Source: Octopus sinensis (taxonomy: Eukaryota). Taken from it: a DNA stretch of 64,000 nt. Below, in pieces: positions 13,230 through 26,881 of the stretch (within the stretch, counting starts at the first letter, position 1; every line of letters starts with the position of its first letter). Below the pieces are notes generated by a model. That model did not search any database. It was not told the DNA's origin and saw only the letters and a program-made list of their open reading frames with translations. Position numbers and translations under genes: made by a program. The stretch is taken from the NCBI RefSeq assembly GCF_006345805.1, contig NC_042999.1, positions 113,026,001-113,090,000 on the forward strand. Direction: 5' to 3'.

Positions 13230-14250
13230 CACTGGTCCAAGTTACACTGACAAGACACCTTGTACCTCGGAGAGTAAAAAAAAATACCACCATCGACTAT
13301 TACAACAATTCCAGTTCGATGTTTTCTTCCCGCTTCCTGAAGTCTGATTGGCCCCAGCTAAAAGTGGGGGTAATCTTCGGGTGCGCAATCTTTGTGTTTC
13401 TCTTCGCGTTGGCAATGGACATTTTGGTCAAGTCAGCAGAAACGGGTTACTGTTCCCCACTTTGAGAAAATCAAGAATAAGACAACAACAATCACAGCAG
13501 TGCAGGGAGCTAGATGAATTCTCCAAGAGTTAGGGAAGGTTGCAGTCTGATCGTAGATAAGTTTCAAACATGGAAATTTTTGGTGTATAATTTTGAAGAA
13601 AAGAAAAGGTATCAGAAATTTATCTTAAAGGTAGGAGAAAATCAGATCCTGTCAATCACAGGAAAGAAAGGTGAAGAGTCTCCGAAAGAGTTTCAACTGC
13701 AGACTAAATGGCACAGGTACCGTTAAGGTGATTAGAGCTGACCTAGAGTGCTGGTTGAGAGCTTTAGGCAAGTGGGGGTTATCAGGGCGAGTCAAGGACC
13801 GGATTTACTTGCATGGGATGCTCCCCCAAATCGTCTAGCCATTACTCATTTATCAAGACCCAAGACTGGTGAAAAGCTTTCAGCGTTATTTCAACTGCCA
13901 TCTTCGCAGATGGCCGGATTTGTAAGGCAGTTTGAGAAGTATTTGGTTGCATGGAAGCAGTAACAAGTTTAGGCTTCCATTTAGTTCTGTCAAAGAGGAA
14001 TTCGTTATCATACGTACACGAGAACATTTGCAATGCGCCGGTTTAAGGGATACCAAAGTGAAGAGTGCAGGGATCATTTGAAAATAGGGAGGAAGTAGAT
14101 GGCAACAAGACAGTTCCTCTTATTGATTAACTGTGACCTGGGCAGAGAGGATGGAGGTCGCACAAAACAAGGAGATAGTAGAGTATTAGGAGTCGGTGGA
14201 TGACTGACGCAAGAAAGGGTGGAAAGCCAGGTGTTTGCCAGTCCGACAGT
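13230..14250 (+). mobile_element. Hero-like non-LTR retrotransposon relic, internally deleted
   Basis: DYYNN..SDWPQLKVGVIFGCAIFVFLFALAMDILVKSAE (cf. WHRLEKGIITGCTISVILFALAMNMLVKSAE), WLRALGKWGLSGRVK..YLHGMLP and HGSSNKFRLPFSSVKEEF, then directly the RLE motif LTVTWAERMEVAQ..GWKARCLPV. Confidence 0.85.
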
Positions 14251-14354
14251 AGAACCTATATTTGTTGTTATTAACTTACCAAGAGATTTGAAGTACATAG
14301 CGAACATCATAGAAATATATTATGTTTTATGACTTGAGGGTATTGTGTTCTGTA

Positions 14355-14418
<64 letters not shown>

Positions 14419-15192
14419 GACAGAGACAGATAGAGAGGGAAGTGAAAGAAAGAAAGAGGGAGGGAAAGAGGAAGAGTGAGAGAAACGGAGAGAGTATGTG
14501 TCATTTAATAGTTTGGCTCAAAGATTGTATATTTTAGAAGCTTATTTTCATTTCCCTCTCGTAAATCTGCTTAAGATTAATGTTGTAAGCCTAACAACAG
14601 AGCAGCATTTCTGACACGTTGTAACATAACTGAGAGCATACTGATGTTCCACAACTCTTCGTTTGGGTGATCTTTTGGTACATAATACGTAAAATGGCCG
14701 ACAAAAGTGAAAGATAATTGTCAATGATAAAGTGTAAGCACTCAATCGGCATTTTATATATTTTAATGTATTTGAGAGACAACAGTATTCAATAAAGATA
14801 TTGAATACTATATTTATTATATTATATATTATATTTTCTGTCTGTGTAATTGAAAGCTCACACGCATGATAAGTATTCGTCATATTCTGAACATGTATAA
14901 GTAAAATGTTTTTGTTAAAATTCAGTAACTAAATGAAAATGCATTTAGTAAAATTATTTTATTAAAATCCTGAAATAGAAAGAAAGTTATTACATACTGT
15001 AGTAATATCTAACCGAGGACATGACTATTATACATTCTTTGTTTTGTGGACACAACACCAGTCGAACTTTTGTCGGCCTTTTCACGAAATTTGAAAGATG
15101 ACATAGGTGCCACTTTTTAGCGTGCGGTCACACTTAACCATTCTTACTTTAACGTACGGTCTACCTGGTCATTTATACTGTAGTGTGCGGTC

Positions 15193-15253
15193 TAGCCCTA
15201 ACGGTAACCATAATCCTAAACCTTAACTTTAACCTAGCCCTAATTGTAACCCA
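15193..15253. repeat. Degenerate (CCCTAA)n-like hexamer tract
   Basis: TAGCCCTAACGGTAACCATAATCCTAAACCTTAACTTTAACCTAGCCCTAATTGTAACCC shows about 6-nt periodicity. Confidence 0.55.
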
Positions 15254-17139
15254 GATCAGGTCATTTCACAGCGAAAGCTACAGATACTGCTGTAGAGTGC
15301 ACGCTAAAGTAGCACCAATCATCCTTCGTTTGAAAAGTAAATCTTTTCATTGTTTCGAGTTTGATTTCTCACTGTCTTACGTTCAATTTGTAACGGGTGT
15401 GACTTCGTCAATAAAATGATATAATGAGAGCAGCGTGCCTATTCATTTACGAAGAGTATTGTGTCGTTATATATTTTCACTTTCCACAAGTAAGTGATAC
15501 AATTTTGAATCAGTACCAATTTATAGTTGGTATATATTTGTATAACCCGCTGAAGAATGAACTCCAAAATCAGTTTCAGTACAATGTGTGTTAAAGAACA
15601 GGGGATCACAATTTAAGTGTTAAAAAAATTGGGGAACAGCATTTGATAATTGTAAGACAGATGAAAAACGGCTTTTTAAAATATGAAGAATAGTATGGTA
15701 TGGTTTGGATCTTTAAATCTCATGGATTCTTAAACTACACAGCAAAAGCTAACATATAGCAGATGACTTACTAAATATATTCATAACCAAGTAGGAGAGG
15801 TTATCAATTGATTTAGATTAACGTTTGTAATGTCACATCTTTCAGAGTCAATAATTTATTGTACTGAACCATAAGTCAAGCGCTTTCGTCCTCGCCACCG
15901 TCATGAGGTGGCTTTCCGGACAGAAGTATTTACCATTCATTAATCTAGCCTGTATGTGTTAAGTTACGAAGAAATATTCACTTCTTAAAGGAGATAAGTT
16001 AGTATTTTAGGATATTTGTGTTAAAATACATTTGTTGAAAATGTCCTCTTGTATGAACGTGTGGGTGTGCGCGCGTATACTTTACCGTTAGCTAAGACGT
16101 ATATACGCACAACTGTGTTCGTGTGCGCGCGATTTCTTTTTCTATGGCTAGATAATATACACAGAAAGGTGGGTGTGTTTTTTTTATTTTTAATGCTAGA
16201 TAATACACAAAGCTATGTATTTGTGAGAGTGATTTCTTTTTTATATTTAGATAATACAAACACACAATGGTTTGTGTATCATTTCATCCATCTTTCAGTA
16301 TATGAGATAATTTATACCACAATTATAGTAAATCGGTTATAATAAATAGCTGTATTTTATAATAGTATGAAGTCTAAGCAATCAAACATTTATTTTCTTC
16401 TTCAGAGCGTTTACTTTGCTGCCATTAGATTATATTTAAGTCCATTGAGAATGTTTTCGCTTCAAAATGACGTCGCCATTGTTGTTAAAAATATATTTAT
16501 CATATAAAGCTGTATACACGTATATTTTAGACAAGAGAATAGGATTGCGTGACGCTCATACTTTTTTTTATATCAAACAACTAAAAGTAATTATGAAATA
16601 ACTGTTAACATTTTTTTCAGCAAGCGAACGTAGACTGGCAGGATTAAAAAAGCTATGGACAATATCCATTAAAGCCGATAGTAAGGTTCCTTTACACTGT
16701 GAGTTCAAATTGCAAGAGGAACTCTATCATTCATTTTGTCAAATCACTAGTTTTAAATACTGAAATTTTTACATTCAGCTATAATCACTCCACAAGATTT
16801 TTTTACCTTCTGCCTCTGTTTGAAATCATTAAAGGACGTTGTACAGTATAAGCACTTATTTGAGATAGAAAATAAACCTGCTGACGCCATGTAAACGATT
16901 AGATAAGTCAAGTCGGTCGGTTACAGCCCTGAAGACCTTAAGTTAGGGTGGCAGTTCCCTATATTTAAGTCGATTAATCGATCGATTGATAAAATTGAAC
17001 CATGAACCCATCTAAACATATATCTGAAACAGCTGTAAGCTTCTGATAAATAAATGTATGTAAGCCATTATTTCTGTCTATTTTATGCATCACTCTGTAA
17101 CAGCATACCATCTTAACTTGGTAACAGAACCGTGGCTTT

Positions 17140-18396
17140 ATCGAATTTGATTAGTGACGCATTTTGATTTCGGATCACCTGGAGTCTCTGTAATGTCTCT
17201 ACAGTTCGTTGCTCGCTGACTCACTCACTATCACGCATCTTTCCTCCTTTGAGAACCTCCACTTAGACAGTTTCACTTTCACCAAATTTTTCCACTTTGA
17301 TATTTCCTTCTCTACCTCTATTGATTTCTTGCAAAATAATCAGGACTCCTTTATGCTCACTTTTAAACTCACTGGTCTTTCAACCTTCTGGTCTTTTCTC
17401 TTCTTCTTGTGTTTCAGACAGCTCTATATCATTTATGTCAATCTTCTCTGCTTCTGCTGTCGCTTTCTGTAACACTTCCCTTGATTTTGCCTTCTTCCTT
17501 CTCTTGGGGCTGACGACTCCATCGCTCCCCTCTTTTGTCGCTTTTGTTTCTTTCTCTATCTCTTCCTTCTCTTGCTCACAGTTTTTATTTATTATTTTTT
17601 CTTTTCCCCTCTCCATCCTTCCTTGCGTCTCCATTTCTCCTTCTGTCACCTCTTTCTCACTCTGTATCGGCTCGTTCTGTTTATTTTTATATTGCGGGCA
17701 CTTCAATTTCATATGTCCCCTTTCACTGCAGATCTAGCAATTGGGTCTGCGATCCTCTACTATTACATCCAGGGGATTTTCCCCTTCAATCTCTATTTGG
17801 TAGAGAAGCCTCTCTATATTTTCAAATGTGGCGCAGAGTCACATCTCAACTCCGCTTCCCCACCAATTGAGCATGTCTGTTCTTCCAACCTCTGTGAGAT
17901 CTGGCCTATCTTCGGTGGTGTTTATGATGGCTGCTATCAACCATTCCGTCTTTATATCAGGTGGCACCCTTGCTATCCTGACCCGGACGTGGCGCCTTCC
18001 CTTATACGTAGGTAACAGCACTACCTTTTTCCGATCTCAGGACAGCTGCGGAGTGTGAGGCCGCTTCTTCTTTTGTTGCAAACCTCACCGCCACCGTGCC
18101 ATATCTCCTTCCTCTGCTTACGAATGTTGCCTTTTGCATTATACTTCCTAGGCATTCCTCCACGTCTTCCTCTGACAATTTTTCAATTTTATCTGTGGTG
18201 ACCACTTGCGTGCGGTACACCACCATTTTCTTAATCTTCTCTTCAGTAGACTCTTGAGGAGGGACCAGCTTAATTGCGCCATCCTCCTTCTTCACCAAGC
18301 TCAACCCATTCGTTATTTCTGTTTGGCAACATGCACCTTCTTGGCTTCTAACTGTGTAGCTGCCTTGGCCGCAGCAGTTTTCGCGTTGCTTGCCAT
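17140..18396 (-). pseudogene. Gag/ORF1-like retroelement protein (RRM-like region, CCHC zinc knuckle, charged tail), decayed
   Basis: ATG at 18396. ORFs 18002-18304, 17839-18021 and 17380-17712 join across one frameshift and in-frame stops. VIVEDRRPNC*ICSERGHMKLKC fits CX2CX4HX4C, the architecture of L1/Tx1-type ORF1. Confidence 0.75.
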
Positions 18397-18588
18397 AACG
18401 CTACGACCCTCCTCACAGGCAATGAAGAGAAAAGGAACAAAAACAACAACAGCAAGTAACAGCAACACGCGCGAGACGCTTCAACAATAGTATCAACAGG
18501 AAAAACAACAACAGTTCTCACCCTCTTCGCATAAAAATCAAAATAATTCGCCAACAATGCAACTGGTGTCAAAATATTTTCGTCGCTT

Positions 18589-18661
18589 TGAAACCGCGAC
18601 CTGTTCGCTGACAAAATTCCATGCAGCACGGAATTTTGTCAGCGAACAGGTCGCGGTTTCA
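18589..18661. repeat. Perfect hairpin, 32-bp arms and 9-nt loop
   Basis: TGAAACCGCGACCTGTTCGCTGACAAAATTCC-atgcagcac-GGAATTTTGTCAGCGAACAGGTCGCGGTTTCA. Confidence 0.95.
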
Positions 18662-19602
18662 CGCAGCAATTGCATATGTTTTTAGTTTTCTCCGAACTTT
18701 TGTTTACTTACCTTGTACTAGACATAAACCAAAGTCTGTGCGATGTTTGCTTCATTTATAGACTGAAATACTATAGATCATAGATCAGACGTTTATATGC
18801 ACACATGATAATATTGGCCAGAAGTAAACAACTCTATCGTCTACATGAAAGTTAACAATCATTTCTTATATATGCTTAATACAATCTAAGTGAATAACTT
18901 CAATATTCATATATATATATATAAGTTTAGGATTCAAGTGAATCAGGTACTTATATGATAAAGCATAGGGTTGGTTGAAGAACAAAAAAACAAAAAAACA
19001 AAATGGAAATCGTATGTACAACGAAATCAGAGGAACAAATACATACGTACCGAAGTCCAGACAAATTATTATTCCAGTTGTATATACAGTCAACTGCATC
19101 AGGCTGAGTGTATTATGAGTCTCAAGGCGGTATTTAGGAACACACTTCACCAATTGTACCGCACTTAACAGATTCTGGATTCACACTGATCGCAAGTTCC
19201 GAGTAAGGTGAATAATTAATAAATAACAGCAAATGGATAAAGGTTCATTCACTACAACTGTTTCCAACGAGTTTTTTTATTGATGAATAGAGATATTACA
19301 TCATGCGAAAAAATAATGTTTTCATCAGGTGAACATACACGAATTACACATTTAAAAAACATTCCTGAAATCACCAGTTTGTGCCACTTCATGATTCCCT
19401 GACCAGTAACAGCCATTTGATTATTAGGGTGTCCGTACACATGGTTAGCACACTTATCGCGAATATAAGAAGTGTGGATTCAAGTCACATGCGTAATGAC
19501 ACTCTTTTTCCATCGAGGGCTTATATGCCCCAATATTAGACACTTTTCTTTTGTCAGTACACGGTGATTGCTTATAAGCTTTAAGCTTAAATAATTATTA
19601 TT

Positions 19603-19740
19603 TACAAATTCCGCCGAGGTCGACTTTGCCTTTCCTCCTTTCGGGGTCGATAAAATAAACACTAGTTGAGCACTGGGGTCGATGTAATCAACTTATCACC
19701 ACCCCCACCAAGCTGCCCTTGTGGCAAAAATTTGAATAAT
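19603..19740 (+). mobile_element. SINE family A fragment
   Basis: CAAATTCCGCCGAGGTCGACTTTGCCTTTC core. Confidence 0.8.
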
Positions 19741-19869
19741 TATTATTATTTACAGAATTGTCACTCGTCACCGCTTCTCCATTTAATGAATGTATATATT
19801 ACTGTATCGACCACACTATTGGACGTTGTTATACATCACTGGTCACTAAGTGCTTCCACACATTATTGT

Positions 19870-20064
19870 AGCCTTTGAATGGTGCCACTCCGTTGGTTCG
19901 GTGGGTAGGCCAGCATTCCTCTTGAGCGAATTTGCAGCAGAGTGGACTGGACTGGAACAGTGTAAAACGAAGTGTTTTGCTCAAGAACATACCGCACTGT
20001 CGGTCGTAGAATCGAAACCTCGATCTTGCTATCGCAAATGCAACACCCTAACCACTTGGCCATG

Positions 20065-20066
<2 letters not shown>
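19870..20066 (-). mobile_element. CORE-like tRNA SINE (family C)
   Basis: Minus strand reads GGCATGGCCAAGTGGTTAGGG..GGTTTCGATTC..GTTCTTGAGCAAAACACTT. Confidence 0.7.
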
Positions 20067-20098
<32 letters not shown>

Positions 20099-20575
20099 TA
20101 TGTTTTATTCCATTTTAGTTTTTATATTCTACATCATTTGTATTAGAATTTGATTTATTGCAATAGGCAGAGGTGCAACGAACATTTACAGAGCAATCTG
20201 AAGGTTGTTGTGTCATAAATGCTAAAGGAGTTCAATGGCATCAACATTGAATTGATACTGCAAACTCTAGCTTTGGGTGGATGGAATTGTGCAGCGACCT
20301 ACATTGTCATTGCATCTAGTAAGATATGTGTACGTGTATATGTGTATATGTGCATGTGTATGTGTATATGTGCATGTGTATGCTTGTGTATGTCAGTGTG
20401 TGTTTTGGCGTTTAAGAGAGAGAGAGAGAGGAGGAGAGAGAGAGAGGGAGAGAGAGAGAGAGAGTTAGTATGTAAGTTTGAGAAACAGAAAGTGGAAAAT
20501 GAATGCCAACCTGTCACCGCCTGACCGCTAGTTCCTGTTTGTCTGTCTCTCTCTCTACACACACAAATATTTATA

Positions 20576-20609
<34 letters not shown>

Positions 20610-20622
20610 CATATATATATGA

Positions 20623-20714
<92 letters not shown>

Positions 20715-21263
20715 TTATCTACCTATCAATCTATCTGAACATATGAACAAGCATCATACGATTTTGTTAACATAAGTCTAGCTAGGGTCAAGCAGTCAGA
20801 AATATATCCTTTTCAAAAGTCTGAAACTAGGTTGCATTAATGTATCAGTACACACTGAAATTAAGTTAGTTTACCATCAAAACTTTCTACCAAATGTTTA
20901 TCTGCCGCCGTCCCTATACCGCAAATCTAATCTACCCCGACACCTTACATACACACACGTATCTATCTACAGTTTATCTTCATGATGGAAAAAGAGCTAC
21001 CTTCGCTTTGGTTCAAACATCAGATCGTTGCTCCTCCTTCCTCTTTTTTTTTTCAAACCTAGAAATAACTTTTGTTGACGTCTGACAGTATAGGTGAGGA
21101 TAATGTGTGCTTGTTTTGTTTGTGTGTGTATGTGTGTGTGTGTGTGTATGCACATACGCATACATACATACGTGCGTTTGTGTGTGTATGTGTGAGTGTG
21201 CATGTGCATAGATATTGATATATACATACATGCACACACGCATACGTACATACGTCTCTGTGT

Positions 21264-21336
<73 letters not shown>

Positions 21337-21339
<3 letters not shown>

Positions 21340-21533
21340 TAGCGAGATAGACTACAGATAAGCGCTGAGAGAATTCGGTCTCGAAGAGGAACAGTGTATT
21401 TTGCATGTAAGATGTGACGTGTGAATTAGGGATATGTGTGTGTATGGGTGTGTATGTTTATGTATGTTGTGTGCGTGCGCGTGTGTATGCGAGAGAGAGA
21501 GAGAGAGAGGGTGGGAGAGAGGGAGAGAGAGAG

Positions 21534-21610
<77 letters not shown>

Positions 21611-21825
21611 ATGGTAGACTTGTACGTATTTATGTACGTATGTATGTATATGCGTGTGTGTGTGTTTGTAGCGAGATAGACTACAGATAAGCGCTGAGAG
21701 AATTCGGTCTCGAAGAGGAACAGTGTATTTTGCATGTAAGATGTGACGTGTGAATTAGGGATATGTGTGTGTATGGGTGTGTATGTTTATGTATGTGTGT
21801 GCGTGCGCGTGTGTATGCGAGAGAG

Positions 21826-21857
<32 letters not shown>

Positions 21858-22364
21858 ATGGTAGACTTGTACGTATTTATGTACGTATGTATGTATATGC
21901 GTGTGTGTGTGTTTGTAGCGAGATAGACTACAGATAAGCGCTGAGAGAATTCGGTCTCGAAGAGGAACAGTGTATTTTGCATGTAAGATGTGACGTGTGA
22001 ATTAGGGATATGTGTGTGTATGGGTGTGTATGTTTATGTATGTGTGTGCGTGCGCGTGTGTATGCGAGAGAGAGAGAGAGAATGGTAGACTTGTACGTAT
22101 TTATGTACGTATGTATGTATATGCGTGTGTGTGTGTTTGTAGCGAGATAGACTACAGATAAGCGCTGAGAGAATTCGGTCTCGAAGAGGAACAGTGTATT
22201 TTGCATGTAAGATGTGACGTGTGAATTAGGGATATGTGTGTGTATGGGTGTGTATGTTTATGTATGTGTGTGCGTGCGCGTGTGTATGCGAGAGAGAGAG
22301 AGAGAATGGTAGACTTGTACGTATTTATGTACGTATGTATGTATATGCGTGTGTGTGTGTTTGT
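21337..22364. repeat. Four-copy tandem array of a composite unit (periods 329, 247, 224, ~224 bp)
   Basis: AGCGAGATAGACTACAGATAAGCGCTGAGAGAATTCGGTCTCGAAGAGG starts at 21341, 21670, 21917 and 22141. Units differ mainly in (GA)n length. Confidence 0.95.
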
Positions 22365-22570
22365 CTCCAAACCACTTGATAACCTGCGTAGGTTTGTTTA
22401 CGTTCCCATAACTTAGCAGTTTGGCAAATGAAACGGATAAAATAAGTATCAGACTTTTAAAATAATAAAGTCCTGGGTTCCAGTTTGTTACACTTAAACC
22501 CTTCCAGGCGGTGCTCCAGCATGACCATAGTCTAATCACTGAGACAAGTAAAAAGAATGAAAGAATAAAA
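22363..22570 (+). mobile_element. SINE family B, 3' half
   Basis: TAACTTAGCAGTTTGGCAAA...GGCGGTGCTCCAGCATG...ACAAGTAAAAAG tail. Confidence 0.75.
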
Positions 22571-23466
22571 GAGAAAGTAAAGTGTCTCTCTAATAGAGCT
22601 TACTGGAATATCAAAGCCTCTTTAACGAAACCGACTGGAGTGTCCGCTGTATTGCAATCGTTCAGAGTATATCTGTAGTCTGAGGTGAATTCGTTATTTT
22701 AATGCACTGATACTTATGAGTTGTGGTTTCTTTGTTTTGGAGGCATTGTAAAGCGCCTCGAATAGTGGCCCTTCTTCTTTGACCGAGCTATAAATATGTT
22801 TGTTTGTATAGAGAGTCAGTATAAGTTTCTGTAAATCTTGTGAAACTAAAGATCTCTACCTGGAAAGTTCCTCTTTAAGTATAGGCGAGAGTAAGGTTTG
22901 TTGGTTGTTGTATCTTGGAGTGGGGGAGGTCATTACACCAATAACAAACACACGCTCTGGTTTAATTTGACTTCTTTATTATGAGTCAATTGGTTAGTTA
23001 TGTAGCCAACTAACTAATCGATTGCTTGCTTAATCACTCGGCTAATCAATCAGTTGTTTGTCAAAGTACTTTCGTCGCAATTCCCGATTGCGTCAATGGT
23101 ATGCCCTTTCTTCTTCAGGTATGCTTCAAATCTAAGACAAATTTGAAGCAGACTTGGGGAAGAGAAAAGAAGTGAAATTGAATCAGTGCGTGTGTTTATT
23201 ACTGGCGTACTGACCCCCCCGCCAAGATATAACAACATTTTTTCAACACGAGTTCACATCAAGAATCTTGGAAACCAAATTCAAAATCTGTTTTTTTTAA
23301 TGGAAGTCCTGCAGTTACTCATGTATGCACGTCTCACCTCTCTACGTGACACATGTTATCAACCTCTGTCAATTCCGCTAATCTACCATTCTTGATAAAA
23401 ACCATAAAAATAAAAATACCGCCCCGCCACAAATAAATAAAATCAAAATAAATAGAAAACGCATAA

Positions 23467-24105
23467 GCACAGGCGTGGCTGTGTGGTAAGAAGCCTTGCT
23501 TCCCAACCATATGGTTCCAGGTTCAGTCCCACTGCATAGCACCTTGCGCAAATGTTTTTAGCTATAACCTCGGGCCGATCAAATCCTCGTAAATGGATTT
23601 GGAAGACGGAAACTGAAAGAAGCCTGTAGTATATAAATATATATATTGTATGATACAAATAAGATGTTTTTTCGAGCGCATAGTTGCCGTTAGAGCAGCA
23701 GAAAAACTGGGTAAATTACACTATCAAGGCGGAAAAGTTTGTCAACAAGACATGAGACTCGAAACCATATCCCTCAAAGATTCCGGCTAAGTGCTTTACC
23801 ATTAAGCTGAACTGCCCGCTGACAAATTCGTCCGCCGAATTAGACGCTGAATACTTTAGCTTTATAGAACAACCATGCGTGTGTGTGTGCTTGTGTGTGT
23901 GTGTTTGTCCCCCCACTCCCGCTTGACAACTGGTATTGTTGTGTTTACGTTTCAGTAACTTAGCGGTTCAGCCAAAAAACGATAAGTTAAGTACCAGGCT
24001 TTTAAAAAAAATATAGGTACTGCGGTCGATTTATTTGACTAAAAATTATTCAAGGCGTTGCCCCAACGCGGCCGCAGTCTAATGACTGAAACAAGTAAAC
24101 GATAC
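23467..24105 (+). mobile_element. SINE family B with a nested opposite-strand tRNA-like fragment (~23745-23825)
   Basis: Head GCACAGGCGTGGCTGTGTGGTAAGAAG..GGTTCAGTCCC and tail GACTGAAACAAGTAAA. The insert reads AGCTTAATGGTAAAGCA..GGTTTCGAGTCTC on the minus strand. Confidence 0.8.
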
Positions 24106-25234
24106 AAAATAATTCTATAAAAATGCAATTAAATCACCTCTTAACCTCTTTTCCTCAGACAGAATGAACTTACCTTTACTAGGAGCATGGTAAAAACTAT
24201 GATTACTAGACTTCACTAAGTGTATTGTGACTTATGATATCTAACCCAAAAGTGGCGTCATTAAAAAAATAATTAGAAAAAAAGTTTCCATAAGGTATGT
24301 AGTAAGTATAAAGACGGTGCCAAATGTAGACGAGCATGTTAAGAAACTGGAAAACTGACAGAAAGCACGCCCCCCTTCATATACCATCAAACTGGTAAAG
24401 TTCTTAATGCATTAACCGAAATAGTTTCACCCCACCCCACTTTTCTTTTTTACAATTTTCTGTTTTTTTTTTCTTTTTTGTTTCTTTCCTCTCGTACCCT
24501 TCCTTCTTTTCCTCATTTCTTTTCTTTCTCAATTTCTTCTCCCCTTCCTTCCTTCCTTCCTGCCTGCCTGCCTGCCTGCCTGCTTGCTTTCTTTTTTTTT
24601 CTTTCTTTCTTTCTTTCTTCACTTTCTCCTTTCTTGTATTTCTTTTTCTTTTTCTTACCTTTATAGCCTCCTCCTCCTCCTTTTTTCATTTTATCATTAT
24701 TATCAACTCCTTTTTCCTCTAGATCGTCAACCCCGCCATCATCACCACAGCCACACCCACTTTTTCAAAACAACATTAAACCCCAACAATTAAAAACAAA
24801 CAGAAAAAAAAAAACAGAAATAAACAAAATAAAGCCAAAAGCAAAAAAATAAAATAAAAAAGAATTAATAACCCAGAGCCAACCACCCACCCGCCCACCA
24901 ACCAGCCAACAAGTCAACGCATTCCACCCAGCTTCCTTGTCTTGCCAGCATCTTCACAGACAGCAACACTATCAGCAGCATCTGTAGCTCCCTTCTTCAA
25001 CATTTACTAATTCAGATTTGCCATCCTGAATAAGCCCCTCTACCGTCACTCCGCCCCGCCCCCTCCCCTCACCACACTTCACCCACTCCCGTCTACCTTC
25101 TTTCATTCTGGCACTTGGGCACTCATTATTCAACTTCTGGCTCCTGTTTAGTATCATCATGAGTAAACTTGTCTTCAGAAAACCCCCGCAGCTACCTCCA
25201 CAGTTCTTTCATCTTTGTTTCGTTTCGCAAACCC

Positions 25235-25575
25235 ATCAACATCGTCTTCATCATCACCATCACCGCCACTGCCGCCGCCGCCGCTAACACCACCACCACC
25301 ACCACCACCACCACTATTTCTCTTCCTCTTCATCATTACCATCGTCACCATAATCACAGTGACCATCACCTCTTCTCCCTCCTCGTCTTCCTCCTCCTCC
25401 TCCTCATTATCATCGTCACCATCCTCACAATCAACATCACCTCTTCTCTCTCCTCATCTTCCTCCTTCTCCTCCTCCTTCTTCTCCTCCTCACTTTCATC
25501 ATCATTACCTCTCCATTACCATCATCATCGTCATCATCATCATTATCGTCATCATCGTAGTCGTCATCGACGTCA
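25235..25575. repeat. Mixed trinucleotide low-complexity tract (CAT/CAC/CCT/GCC); similar tract at 26210-26720
   Basis: Direct reading; produces spurious poly-S/P/H/T ORFs. Confidence 0.85.
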
Positions 25576-26850
25576 TCCCCCTACCTACAATTAGTGCCAA
25601 CCTTTAAAAACTCGAGCTAACGAGAAAGCCTTTATGTGGTTTTGGCTGCCTACTAAAAATAGCCGTTCAATATCTCCCTCTCCCGATCCCAAGAAGACCC
25701 ACCCTACCGCTTGTCTTAAAAAAATAGATAAAATGAGAATAATAACAATAATTAAAAGGACAAGTCGAATAGTGTAGTCTTAGATATAAAAAAAGAAAGA
25801 AAAAAAGGTGGGATGATCACGGTAGGAAAGCTTGATCTAGGTTAAACAGCATCAACAACCAATTTATAGAATAAAGTCTCGCTCACAACTCATTCGAATA
25901 TAGTACGTGTATCCCCTTCCCGCCATCACTCCCTCATCAGCTGACTCTATCATTAAGAACAATAACAACAGCACTACCATAATCCCCCTCCCTCTCAGTA
26001 CTATCAACAACGACGTCGGTGCCATGGGTCTGTTAGACCAGGGAAAAGGGTGAGGGTGGGGCTGGGGGTGGGGGTGGGGGTTGACCCTGGTTACACAACA
26101 ACAACGATGATAACAGTAACAACGTCATTGCTCTCAATGTTGCTAACCAATTTGTCTATACTGAAAAAAAATGATAAAATAAAATAAAATCACAATAACT
26201 AGAATTTTTCAACACCATCGCCGCTACTGTCGCCACCACCGCTTCTGCCACCGTCTCTGCCATCACCTCCTCTGTCTTCAGTTCAGTTCCAACATCGCTA
26301 CCTCAACTTCACAACTATCAAAAATATTACTACCACAAAGACAACGACGACGACGACGACCACCACCACTATCACCACCACCACCACCACCACCACCACC
26401 ACCACTCTATCACTACTATTACTACTATCACCACCATCACTGCAAATGTACTCTTTCTCTCACCCCCATCGTCGCTTCAAGTTCCAGCATCACCATCGGC
26501 ATCTCAAATATCTTCATCGTATCGGCAGCACCCAGCCAACACTATTTATCAGCACTAGTACAAGAGCCACGCCACCATCGCATACTATCCCCACCAGTAC
26601 CACCACGAGCACCACCAGCATCACCACCAGAACCACTACCACCGTTTCTCCTAGCAGCTTTACCCTTACTTCCTCTCATCCACCACCCGGCATATTTTCT
26701 ACGTCAGCTCCACCATCCATTATAACTTAATACCAACTTCTCATTTATTCATTCGACATCACACCCTTCTCTTGTGTTTCTCTTTGCATTTCAGCAGCAG
26801 CAGGTTATATGCACATACATATTTACACACAAGACATATACATATAATTC

Positions 26851-26881
<31 letters not shown>

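Noticed and set aside
21337-22364. CRISPR-like or ribozyme array (CTGAGAGA..TCTCGAAG)
   Set aside because: Units are identical with no unique spacers, the context is eukaryotic, and the motif does not fit CUGANGA/GAAA.
24137-24197. Candidate plus-strand micro-exon (TTTTCCTCAG...ATG|GTAAAA)
   Set aside because: Weak donor, no partner exons and no recognisable peptide.
25169-25607. Pro/Ser/His-rich ORFs resembling extensin- or formin-like proteins
   Set aside because: Mixed trinucleotide repeats open in several frames, with no domain or splice support.
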